A stretch of 64,000 nucleotides of DNA from a virus, in the IMG/VR virus record IMGVR_UViG_3300029092_000103. The stretch is one strand, 5' to 3'. The number at the start of each line of letters is the position of its first letter. The stretch's first letter is position 1. The notes beneath the pieces are model-generated. The model saw only the letters and a program-made list of their open reading frames with translations, made no database searches and was not told where the DNA came from. The translations under genes were made by a program, and so were the position numbers. This document shows positions 55,583 through 63,882 of this stretch, in pieces.

Positions 55583-56104
55583 ATGGAATTGGCAAAATAT
55601 AAGGCGTGTATCTGCGAGGGTTCGGCGGAGGCTGCGATTATCGATATACTGGTCGATAATGACCTTTTGATCTTTACCTGAGAAGAAATGCTCAATGAAG
55701 AAGTTATCCGATGCAGGAACGCAAAGAAATTTGAGGAACGTTACTTACGTAAGGAATTTGCAGATCAGGTTTCTGTCATACGGATTCTAGATTCGCGCAG
55801 GGAAGAATTTCGACTCAGCAAGGCATACGAAAATAAGATTGATGTTATTAATGTCATTACAGCTCCCGAAATAGAAATGTTGATTATCCATAATGAGGGA
55901 GAGTATGAACATTTTAAGCGTTCTGGGAAGAAGCCGAGTGAGTTTTGTAAAGTGAATCTCCGTATGCATAATGTAAAGTCGTATGAATTCGTGAAAGACT
56001 ATTTTAGTGATCCACAAACACTGGTGGGGGCGATTAAAGAATATCGTAGAACCGCAAATATCCCAAATGGAGAATACTGCTTGTCTGACTTGCTAAAGCA
56101 ATGA
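55583..56104 (+). pseudogene. RloB/DUF4276-like (Toprim-like, AbiLii-like) gene interrupted by an in-frame TGA at 55679-55681
   Basis: N-terminal ...KACICEGSAEAAIID matches the RloB/DUF4276 CEGxxE signature. The 32-aa ORF (55583-55681) and the 138-aa ORF (55688-56104) are in the same frame, separated only by TGA. GGAGG lies 7 nt before ATG 55583. Confidence 0.55.
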
Positions 56105-56325
56105 GAAACGGCAGTCATGTACAAGGCCACAGGAGATATAAGAAAAGAAGCGCATAATTGAAAATAATTGGCCCACTGGCGCACTGTGTAGAATCCTACA
56201 TGGTACGTTGGTGGGTTTCTTTTTTTGCCTTACCCGCATGAACCACAGACAGCACCTCGGTGTGATCCGAAGTGCAGCTGTGGCTTATGCGGGCTTTTTT
56301 GTTATATGGTCAACGAGTTACAAAG

Positions 56326-56667
56326 TCAGATGCCTAACCCGTATAAAATCGCTTTCATCTCCTTTACCATCCGGGTGAGGATTTCCTGTTCAGTTGCATT
56401 GCAGTCCAAAAGCAGTCGGTGAATCTCCGTATCAGCTGTAGAGGTGGAATGCGTCAGGCTGTCTACGAGAAGGTCGTCTGCCGATACATTCAAGATATTT
56501 GCAATCTGCACGAGAGATTCCAAACTGGGCTTACTCTTTCCGAGTTCAATGTTGCTGATGTGCTTATAGCCAACCTCACACCTGAAAGCGAGTTCTTCCT
56601 GTGATAAATTTCCTTTGTTCCTAAAATTGGCGATGCGCTGTCCAAGCGCAGTATAGTCAATTGCCAT
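56326..56667 (-). CDS. XRE-family helix-turn-helix (HTH) transcriptional regulator (putative repressor)
   Basis: HTH LSQEELAFRCEVGYKHISNIELGKSKPSLESLVQIANILNV. AAGGAGG RBS before ATG 56667 on the minus strand. Confidence 0.75.
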   Translation of the reverse strand: MAIDYTALGQRIANFRNKGNLSQEELAFRCEVGYKHISNIELGKSKPSLESLVQIANILNVSADDLLVDSLTHSTSTADTEIHRLLLDCNATEQEILTRMVKEMKAILYGLGI

Positions 56668-56802
56668 ACAGTCCTCCTTATGGTTTACCCGCATAAGGCT
56701 GATATGATTATCTCGCAGGAGAAAATGTATGGCAACAGAGTGAGGACACTCTAAGACCGCAGAGCCACTTACCCCTATCAGTAGTGTGGTCTTAGCCTGT
56801 TA

Positions 56803-56852
56803 TTCCACCTGATAGGTGGAATTTTCGACTTCATTCCATCTGACAGGTGGAA
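56803..56852. promoter_or_regulatory. Two 19-bp palindromic operator-like sites (TTCCACCTGATAGGTGGAA and TTCCATCTGACAGGTGGAA) in the divergent region between the XRE gene and the AAA_25 gene
   Basis: Read from the sequence at 56803-56821 and 56834-56852. Confidence 0.55.
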
Positions 56853-56918
56853 GTCAAAGCACCGCACATATTCTATAATATAAATGTAGTAAAAGACTGC
56901 AATTGGAAAGGAAAGACA

Positions 56919-57896
56919 ATGGCAAGTAAAGAGCAAGTGGGGATTCTTACATTATATAGTGATGTACAGGCGACTTCTGTTCGCTGGCTGTGGTATCCGT
57001 TCATTGCAGTTGGAAAGATCACATTGCTTCAAGGCGACCCCGGTGACGGAAAGTCCACAATGATGATGAATCTGATTGCCGGTTTGTCCAATGGTGGGAG
57101 CCTCCCGGATGGTAAGCCGGTCGGGATGCCACAGAGGGTTATTTATCAGTGTTCGGAAGATGGCGTTTCGGATACCATCAAGCCTCGGCTGGAAAAGTGC
57201 GGAGCCGATTGCAGGAATGTGGCGTTCATAAATGAAGAAACCTACAGTGGGCTGACGCTGGATGATGAACGTATCCGGCAGGCTATTATAGAATTCCGGC
57301 CGAGGCTGGTAGTCATCGACCCGATACAGGCGTATCTCGGAAGTGACTCTGACCTCCAGATTGCAGGCAGAGCCAGAAAGTTGATGCAGCGTCTTGGAAT
57401 GTGGGCATCCGTATATGATTGTGCCATTGTGCTGATCGGTCACCTCAACAAGAAAGAGGGAACAAAAGGTCTGTATCGGAGTCTCGGCAGTATCGATGTG
57501 GTGGCGGCTGCCCGGAGTGTCCTGCAGGTGGAGAGAGATCCAGAGAACGCCGATATCCGCATCGTCCGGCAGATAAAGAACAGTCTGGCTCCATCCGATG
57601 GTGAAATCCGGTTTTCGATAACAGCAGAGCAGGGCTTCAAATGGCTGGAATGTGAAGTTGCACCAAATCCGGCAGCAGAGCCGGAAGCACCAAACTTTGA
57701 ATCGAAAGCCGAGAAAGCGGCCTATCTGATTAAGAAACTGCTTTCAGAGGGTGATATGAGATCCAGAGAAATCTACATAAGGCTGAGCGATGAAGGTATC
57801 AGCCGCAGGACAGCAGAAAACATAAAAAAGGAACTCGGCATCCGAAGTTACCGGAGGATGCGTCAGTGGTATTGGAGCATCCAGCCGGAAGATTGA
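56919..57896 (+). CDS. AAA_25 / RecA-DnaB-like P-loop ATPase (RepA-like)
   Basis: Walker A LLQGDPGDGKST, Walker B LVVIDPIQAY, and GHLNK. Confidence 0.7.
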   Translation: MASKEQVGILTLYSDVQATSVRWLWYPFIAVGKITLLQGDPGDGKSTMMMNLIAGLSNGGSLPDGKPVGMPQRVIYQCSEDGVSDTIKPRLEKCGADCRNVAFINEETYSGLTLDDERIRQAIIEFRPRLVVIDPIQAYLGSDSDLQIAGRARKLMQRLGMWASVYDCAIVLIGHLNKKEGTKGLYRSLGSIDVVAAARSVLQVERDPENADIRIVRQIKNSLAPSDGEIRFSITAEQGFKWLECEVAPNPAAEPEAPNFESKAEKAAYLIKKLLSEGDMRSREIYIRLSDEGISRRTAENIKKELGIRSYRRMRQWYWSIQPED

Positions 57897-57906
57897 GAGG
57901 AAACAA

Positions 57907-59763
57907 ATGACAAAAAGTGAACGGCAAGAGCGCAAACAAAAAATTAGAGAACGTTATAAAGGCACGGATACATCCAGAATTAAAGTAATTCCTGCGAAAT
58001 CTTCAGAGAACTTGGAAACAAGCAACACCATTCGTCGTGTTGCTGCTTATGTACGTGTTTCAACTGATAATGATGAACAGACTTCATCCTATGAGCTTCA
58101 GAAGAATTATTATACTAAGTATATCAAGGCGCAACCAGGTTGGGAGTTCGCTGGAATTTATGCTGACGAGGGCATCAGTGGTACTTCTCTTGAGCACCGA
58201 AAGGGAATGCAGAAGCTAATTGAAGATTGTAAAGCTGGGAAAATTGACCTTATACTTACAAAATCGATTTCTCGATTCGCTAGAAACATTGTAGATTGCC
58301 TTTCAATAGTTGGTATGTTGAAGGATCTTGAGCCACCCGTAGGTGTAAAGTTTGAAACAGATAATATTTCAACGTTAGACATCAATGGACGGATGCTCTT
58401 GTCCATTGTGGCTTCTTTGGCAGAGGAGGAATCTCATAATAAATCTCTTCTGATGAATTGGTCTCTTGAACAACGTTATAAAGACGGAATGTTTCTTATT
58501 CCAGAACTTTTGGGGTACGATCTGGATGAAAATGGTAACCTTGTGGTTAATCCAGAAGAAGCACAGACTGTAAAGGTGATTTATTATTTGTATTTGAACG
58601 GATTCTCGCTTACGGAAATTGCTGAACTGTTGACCGATTATAGAAGGAAAACAAAATTAGGTAATACAGAATGGAATCCAAGTTCTTTGGCTGCTGTGAT
58701 CGCCAATGAAAGACATTGTGGAGATCTTTTAGCAAGAAAAACTTACACACCCAATTATTTGACTCATAAATCGAAGAAAATCAAAAATAACGAACGTGCA
58801 CAATATTGGAATTTCGACCATCATGAGGCAATTGTATCCAGAGAGGTCTATAATGCAGCAAATCATCTGCGAGCATCCCGGAGCTATGCAAAGCGAAAAC
58901 GTCCTCTGCCAGTTTTGAGTGTGGTCGATGACGGCATTCTTCGTGGATATGTACCTTTCGACAAAGACTGGACAGGATTTTCAGCAGAGGAATATCGAGA
59001 GGCTTCTGAAAGTGTAATGCTGGAGAAAGAAACTGACACGGTAGAAGTCATGAATCGTTTGGATTTGACCGGCTATGAAGTAGTCCGTGCACAGTATTTC
59101 TCGACTTTGCGGAATCCGGCCATGACGATTTCAAATGGAAGGTTGCGGTTTAATACAGCTTGTCTGAAAAAATTTGAAAATGTTGAGTATGTAGAACTGC
59201 TTCTGAACTCGGTTGACCGCTGTGTTGCTATCCGCCCCTGCGAAAAGAGCAATCCGAATGCAATTCATTGGGGGCGATTGAAAGAGGGACGGTGGTGTGC
59301 CAGTACACTTGTTTGCCGTGGTCTAGCAAAAGCACTTTTTGACATCATGGAATGGGAAGATGGCTTAAAATACCGTTTTCGTGGACAGTTTGTGGAGCAG
59401 GGCGATAATAAGTTGATGCTCTTTGAACTGGACGAACCGGAAATGGTCAAAGTCGAAGAAATCGTTCTTCCGCCCAAGGGAGAAGATGCTGAAGGCGAAA
59501 CAGTTAAGCAGACGATTTACATTCTTCCGCCGGAATGGGCAGGAACCTTTGGACAACCAATCACAAGCATTGCGCAGATTAGCCTCTTACAACAGAAACA
59601 TTATGCCGGAAACTGGGATGTACTTAGACCAGCAGCAGAAATAGAAGAAATGAATACATTTACGGTAGAAAATTTAAATGCGTTGCTTCACGAAGCGGAA
59701 GAAATAATGGAAGGATGGACTGATACAGATGGAGGAGAACAAAACGAGTGTTCCGATGAATGA
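57907..59763 (+). CDS. Large serine recombinase (third copy, AT-richer)
   Basis: RRVAAYVRVSTDNDEQTSSYELQ...ISGTS...SISRFARNI, recombinase domain, and a distinctive C-terminal domain (RLRFNTACLKKF...VAIRPC). Confidence 0.85.
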   Translation: MTKSERQERKQKIRERYKGTDTSRIKVIPAKSSENLETSNTIRRVAAYVRVSTDNDEQTSSYELQKNYYTKYIKAQPGWEFAGIYADEGISGTSLEHRKGMQKLIEDCKAGKIDLILTKSISRFARNIVDCLSIVGMLKDLEPPVGVKFETDNISTLDINGRMLLSIVASLAEEESHNKSLLMNWSLEQRYKDGMFLIPELLGYDLDENGNLVVNPEEAQTVKVIYYLYLNGFSLTEIAELLTDYRRKTKLGNTEWNPSSLAAVIANERHCGDLLARKTYTPNYLTHKSKKIKNNERAQYWNFDHHEAIVSREVYNAANHLRASRSYAKRKRPLPVLSVVDDGILRGYVPFDKDWTGFSAEEYREASESVMLEKETDTVEVMNRLDLTGYEVVRAQYFSTLRNPAMTISNGRLRFNTACLKKFENVEYVELLLNSVDRCVAIRPCEKSNPNAIHWGRLKEGRWCASTLVCRGLAKALFDIMEWEDGLKYRFRGQFVEQGDNKLMLFELDEPEMVKVEEIVLPPKGEDAEGETVKQTIYILPPEWAGTFGQPITSIAQISLLQQKHYAGNWDVLRPAAEIEEMNTFTVENLNALLHEAEEIMEGWTDTDGGEQNECSDE

Positions 59764-60421
59764 ACAGTCAGTAGAAAATGATAGAGATGCACGGGCTGAA
59801 GAACTGGAAAGTACATTTTCGTATGACGGATACCAAGTCGTGCGTAAGGAACTTTTTGCACATCTGCGTGACCCGGCCATCGTGATCCGCAAGGACAGCA
59901 TCACGTTCAACACGGCCTGTATCACTGGGCTGGAGGATGTGGTCTATGTACACGTCATGTTCAACAGCGACTTGAAGCGCATTGTCGTGCGCGGCTGCGA
60001 TGAAAATGAAAAAGATGCGCTACGCTGGTGCATCGCCAAGGAGGACAAGCGCAAAAGTCGGAAGATGTCCTGCAAGCCTTTTTCAGAACTGGTCTATAAG
60101 GAAATGGGATGGGATAGGGAATGTCGGTACAAGATGCTGGGCTACAGAATCACCTTTGAGGGTGAAACTTTGTACGTTTTTGATCTGCTCGTGCCAGAGG
60201 TTTTTTATGAACCCCAGAAGCGCAAGAAGGGTGCTGCTCCTCAGACACAGGATGTAAGACCTGCGAATGCGAGAAAGGGATTTTACCCAGATGATATTGC
60301 AGGTACTTTCGGTGTGCCAGTGGAAGAACATCTAAAAGAATCCGAAATCAAGCAGATGGACGGATATGTGTCGATGGGCATCTTGACAGGAAAAAATGAA
60401 CCCGACACCGGAAATAAATAA
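59729..60421 (+). CDS. Hypothetical protein; a stand-alone paralog of the third recombinase's C-terminal domain
   Basis: YQVVRKELFAHLRDPAIVIRKDSITFNTACITGLEDVVYVHVMFNSDLKRIVVRGC aligns with the recombinase's EVVRAQYFSTLRNPAMTISNGRLRFNTACLKKFENVEYVELLLNSVDRCVAIRPC. Confidence 0.5.
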   Translation: MEENKTSVPMNEQSVENDRDARAEELESTFSYDGYQVVRKELFAHLRDPAIVIRKDSITFNTACITGLEDVVYVHVMFNSDLKRIVVRGCDENEKDALRWCIAKEDKRKSRKMSCKPFSELVYKEMGWDRECRYKMLGYRITFEGETLYVFDLLVPEVFYEPQKRKKGAAPQTQDVRPANARKGFYPDDIAGTFGVPVEEHLKESEIKQMDGYVSMGILTGKNEPDTGNK

Positions 60422-60477
60422 AAACACTCAACAGAAACCAAGGGAGAAGTGCGCCCATTTTTAAGGAGGGGAGAGAA

Positions 60478-60954
60478 GTGAATGAAAGAACATGGAATCA
60501 GCGGATGCTGGGCCTGACCTTTAATGCTGTAGATGGAAGAATCACTATCTTCCGCAGTACATTGGAGGAACTCGGCTGGCCGACCAACTATCGGTTTCTG
60601 TATAATCGGAAAGCAAAACAGGTAGCAGTCCAGAACTGCGCGGCCGAAGATGCAGGTTCTCATAAGACACCGAAGCTGAATGCGAGCAACAGCTGCGAAA
60701 TCAAGTGTATGGCGTTTGTGAGGATGATCTATCGGGATATGCGGTGGAACCAGGACAATACATATCGTCTGGAGGGGAAAAGTATCCCCGGACAGCAGCT
60801 TGTGAGCTTCGATTTATCTTCCCCGTTTTTAGTGGAAAACGGAATAGCTCTGGACGAAAATCTAAGCCCAACAAAGCCCCTGTGTGGCGAAGAAATGTCC
60901 TCTGCGGAAAGTTCCTCGGCCTTGCCGATAAAACGCGACAGTGGGGCAGTGTAA
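60478..60954 (+). CDS. Hypothetical protein; second stand-alone paralog of the same domain (GTG start)
   Basis: RITIFRSTLEELGWPTNYRFLYNRKAKQVAVQNC... has the same pattern. AAGGAGGGG lies 6 nt before GTG 60478. Confidence 0.45.
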   Translation: MNERTWNQRMLGLTFNAVDGRITIFRSTLEELGWPTNYRFLYNRKAKQVAVQNCAAEDAGSHKTPKLNASNSCEIKCMAFVRMIYRDMRWNQDNTYRLEGKSIPGQQLVSFDLSSPFLVENGIALDENLSPTKPLCGEEMSSAESSSALPIKRDSGAV

Positions 60955-61113
60955 GGGGCGTGTGGCGAAGCAGGCCAAAAAAAGCCCACCGGGTCACGGT
61001 CCAGGATGCTTGCAAGGCAGCAAGGCGGAAGGTGACCGGGTGGGCAGGAGACATTTTGGATGAGTCTACTCAACAAGTGAATAAAATCACTTTTGTATCT
61101 GCGAACGACAAAA

Positions 61114-61420
61114 ATAAGTGATTAAGCTCACTTATAGCTATTGAAAATAAGTGATTCTGTTCACTTAGAAAAAGTGAGCTTTTTACGCCATCCTAGATTT
61201 TAGATGAAGTCGTCATCCAGCAAAAATAAGTGAATATAATCACTTAAAAACATCAAAAATCCAAATAAGTGAGCTTAATCACTTATCCGAAGAAAAGTGA
61301 ACATTTTACTCCCTGACCGGGTTTGAGGTCGTCGATTAGTCCATAATCGACGGCTTCTTTTTTATGCTCAAAAAAGGGGGTATGTAGCTACATAACGCAA
61401 TAAGTGAGCTTTATACGCCA
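61114..61420. repeat. Iteron cluster: four 22-bp palindromes ATAAGTGA-N6-TCACTTAT/A plus three AAGTGAGCTTT(T/A)TACGCCA-type half-site variants
   Basis: Palindromes at 61114-61135, 61147-61168, 61226-61247 and 61265-61286. Half-site variants at 61169-61190, 61291-61310 and 61398-61420. Also the TGTAGCTACA palindrome at 61383-61392. Confidence 0.7.
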
Positions 61421-61574
61421 CTGTCGAGCAACTTCGCCGCGGTATGTTTAGTCCAGAAATGTCTACTTAACAAAATCAGTTGAGGTCTGATGGTCTATGG
61501 TGGAGCGTAATACACATGCGATAATAGGCGTTTTCGCATAAATATACGTTGCATTTTACTGTGAAAATCATGTT

Positions 61575-61811
61575 TTGTGCAGTAGGTTGTTAATACTGAT
61601 AAGAGAGTTAAAGAAAAAATTGAAAATTCCTCATTTATATCCCAATGGATCTCTATGTCTATACTATCCGGATTATAACGAATGGAATGCAGATGACTTA
61701 TGGGCTGATTCTATAATTCCATGGACCTGCCTTTGGCTGTATTTTTTTGAATTATGGATAGCAACTGGGGAGTGGTTGGGTGGAGGAATTCATCCAGGAA
61801 ATAACAATTGA
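61575..61811 (+). CDS. Hypothetical small protein (78 aa), AT-rich
   Basis: ORF only. Confidence 0.3.
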   Translation: MCSRLLILIRELKKKLKIPHLYPNGSLCLYYPDYNEWNADDLWADSIIPWTCLWLYFFELWIATGEWLGGGIHPGNNN

Positions 61812-61959
61812 ATGTTGCAACGAATCTAGGCAAACAAAAATACCCGAACAAAAGAAAGCAAGCCGTGTGGACAAACTGAACTCCAGGAGTTCACACGGTA
61901 ATTTTTGAAGGTTGCTATATAGTTTGTAACTGAAATAAAAGTAATGGAGCGTAAGAAAA

Positions 61960-62343
61960 ATGAATTTATCAAAAATACATCATATTGCAATTATTGTATC
62001 TGACTACGAAGCCGCAAAGAATTTTTATGTGAACAAGCTGGGATTCTCTGTCATCAGAGAAAACTACCGCCCGGAGCGTAAGGACTGGAAGCTGGATCTT
62101 CGTATTAATGAGCACACAGAGCTGGAGATTTTCGCTGAGGAAAATCCGCCGAAGCGTGTGAACTGCCCGGAAGCCTGTGGGCTGCGTCACCTTGCGTTCT
62201 GCGTTGATAGCGTGGAACAGACAGTGAATGAGCTGGCAGAGGTCGGGATTGAATGTGAGCCGATCCGGGTTGACGATTACACCGGCAAGAAGATGACTTT
62301 CTTCCATGACCCGGACGGACTGCCGCTGGAATTGCACGAATAA
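61960..62343 (+). CDS. VOC-family (glyoxalase/bleomycin-resistance/dioxygenase) protein
   Basis: IHHIAIIVSDYEAAKNFYVNKLGF...HLAFCVDS...FFHDPDGLPLEL is the VOC fold signature. Confidence 0.8.
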   Translation: MNLSKIHHIAIIVSDYEAAKNFYVNKLGFSVIRENYRPERKDWKLDLRINEHTELEIFAEENPPKRVNCPEACGLRHLAFCVDSVEQTVNELAEVGIECEPIRVDDYTGKKMTFFHDPDGLPLELHE

Positions 62344-62345
62344 TT

Positions 62346-63140
62346 ATGGGAGAGAAAAGAGCGTATAAAGCCAGAAAGCCTGGCGGTGGCAGGAAAAAGC
62401 TGAAGCCAGAATATGATGCAGAGAAAAATCTGAAAGAGCAGATGAATGCTGCTGTATCCCTCTATAAAAACAACTCTCTCCAAGCCATTGCAAATGAACT
62501 GACTCTCAACCCTATCAAGGTTCGCAAGCTGCTCATCACAGCTGGTGTGTATGAGTCGGATATAGCGGAGATGGTACGGCGTACTTTTTATAGGTATAGA
62601 AAAATACAGAACTATAAAGAAGCAATCCTCTCCACCGCATCAGAACTCAAGCTGTCCAAAGCCTCGGTCACTTCGTATCTGCCGTATGAAAAGGGCGTGT
62701 ATTTCCCAAGCACAACCTCAACAGAGAAGATCAGTGTGGGTGCAGAGCGGCAGAGGAGATACCGGGCAACGAAGAAGCTGCGAGCAGCGCCGACAGAGGA
62801 ACATCTGTGGGAAGTGGTTCTGGCATATCAAAAAGTGCGTTTTAAAACCTATTCCGGCTTGCCATTCTCTTATGAAATACGAAAAGGCAGAAGCGGCGAA
62901 TACACAAAAGAGCTCTGGATCGACAGGCGAGAGAGCAGCAAGAGTCTGGCGTGGAGCTCGGTGTTGCTGGCGCTGGGCAATGTAAAAGAGGTCGGAGCAG
63001 TGGTTGACCGTCCGAAAGCGTTGGGTGATATTCGTGGAGTGACCTACATCTACGGGATGTTCTACCGGTTTGGGCTGATTGATGTGCCGGACGCGGTAAA
63101 GGAGAAGATGAATAAGCGCGGGTGTATTTCCAAGGGCTGA
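62346..63140 (+). CDS. Hypothetical protein (264 aa) with a basic N-terminus
   Basis: ORF immediately after the VOC gene. Confidence 0.5.
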   Translation: MGEKRAYKARKPGGGRKKLKPEYDAEKNLKEQMNAAVSLYKNNSLQAIANELTLNPIKVRKLLITAGVYESDIAEMVRRTFYRYRKIQNYKEAILSTASELKLSKASVTSYLPYEKGVYFPSTTSTEKISVGAERQRRYRATKKLRAAPTEEHLWEVVLAYQKVRFKTYSGLPFSYEIRKGRSGEYTKELWIDRRESSKSLAWSSVLLALGNVKEVGAVVDRPKALGDIRGVTYIYGMFYRFGLIDVPDAVKEKMNKRGCISKG

Positions 63141-63757
63141 TATACGGACACTTATGTGTGCAACTAACGGTACGTAGAGTAACAAGGTTTCATATCGAAC
63201 AAAAATACACTGTTTCCTACACCATCTCCTAAAATCATGTCCGGTGAAATTTCAGCAAAAGAGGCATCAGAGGAGCGCATCTGGGCAGAGCAAACGCCCC
63301 CGGCGGCAGCTCCGGGCCCCGGACGCTCCGAACTATGTGTTCCATGAAAATAGACTTTCAAATATGAGAAAATGCAGACCGGATGTGAAATTGACGGAAA
63401 CCTTGCAAATGACGCTGAAACGTGATATAATCGTGGTACGAACAAGCCGGTTTTGGTACGACAACGGTATGCTGTAGTACTGTAACTGTTGTTTCGAAAT
63501 TATGAACGACTACAAAAAATGTGTGAAAATTTAGCGTAGCTACGACGACACCTATCAGGTTCAGGTCGTGTCCTGGTACGACAACGAGAACTCCTACACC
63601 TCTCAGATGGTCCGTACCATTAAGTACTTCGCCGAGAACTGCTAGTCACAGCTCTACGCTCAAAAGTGCTTGAGATGCCGTGCTGAGTAACAGCCTGTGT
63701 TGACCTTTCTGGTACGAACATGCTGTGATAGGTGCGACAACAGGAACTTGAGTTCTA

Positions 63758-63802
63758 CACCCTTCCTTTTGCGGGTCTCCGTGAGAGGAAGGGTGTTTTG
63801 TT
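63758..63802 (+). terminator. Hairpin terminator (CACCCTTCC...GGAAGGGTG plus TTTTGTT)
   Basis: Read from the sequence. Confidence 0.5.
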
Positions 63803-63824
63803 ATGTGAGCTCTATCATAAACCA

Positions 63825-63865
63825 CGCGCCCCTTCCGATGTGGTCTGCCACAGGGAAGGGGCGCG
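63825..63865. terminator. 12-bp-stem hairpin (CGCGCCCCTTCC...GGAAGGGGCGCG) between convergent genes; bidirectional terminator
   Basis: Read from the sequence. Followed by TTTGAATG. Confidence 0.5.
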
Positions 63866-63882
63866 TTTGAATGCGGGATATT

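Noticed and set aside
55583-56104. Calling 55583-55681 and 55688-56104 as two separate genes
   Set aside because: They are in the same frame, separated by a single TGA. Together they reconstitute an RloB/DUF4276-length protein, so they are reported as one interrupted gene.
61114-61420. Possible CRISPR array, because of the repeated AAGTGA-containing units
   Set aside because: The repeats are palindromic, variable in sequence and spacing, and AT-rich, with no uniform spacers and no cas genes. They are better explained as iterons or operator sites.
63140-63880. A tRNA gene as the integration target at the right end
   Set aside because: No T-loop (GTTCGAATC-like) or cloverleaf-compatible segment was recognisable by eye. 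Integration via serine recombinases does not require a tRNA. This remains untested without a tRNA scanner.
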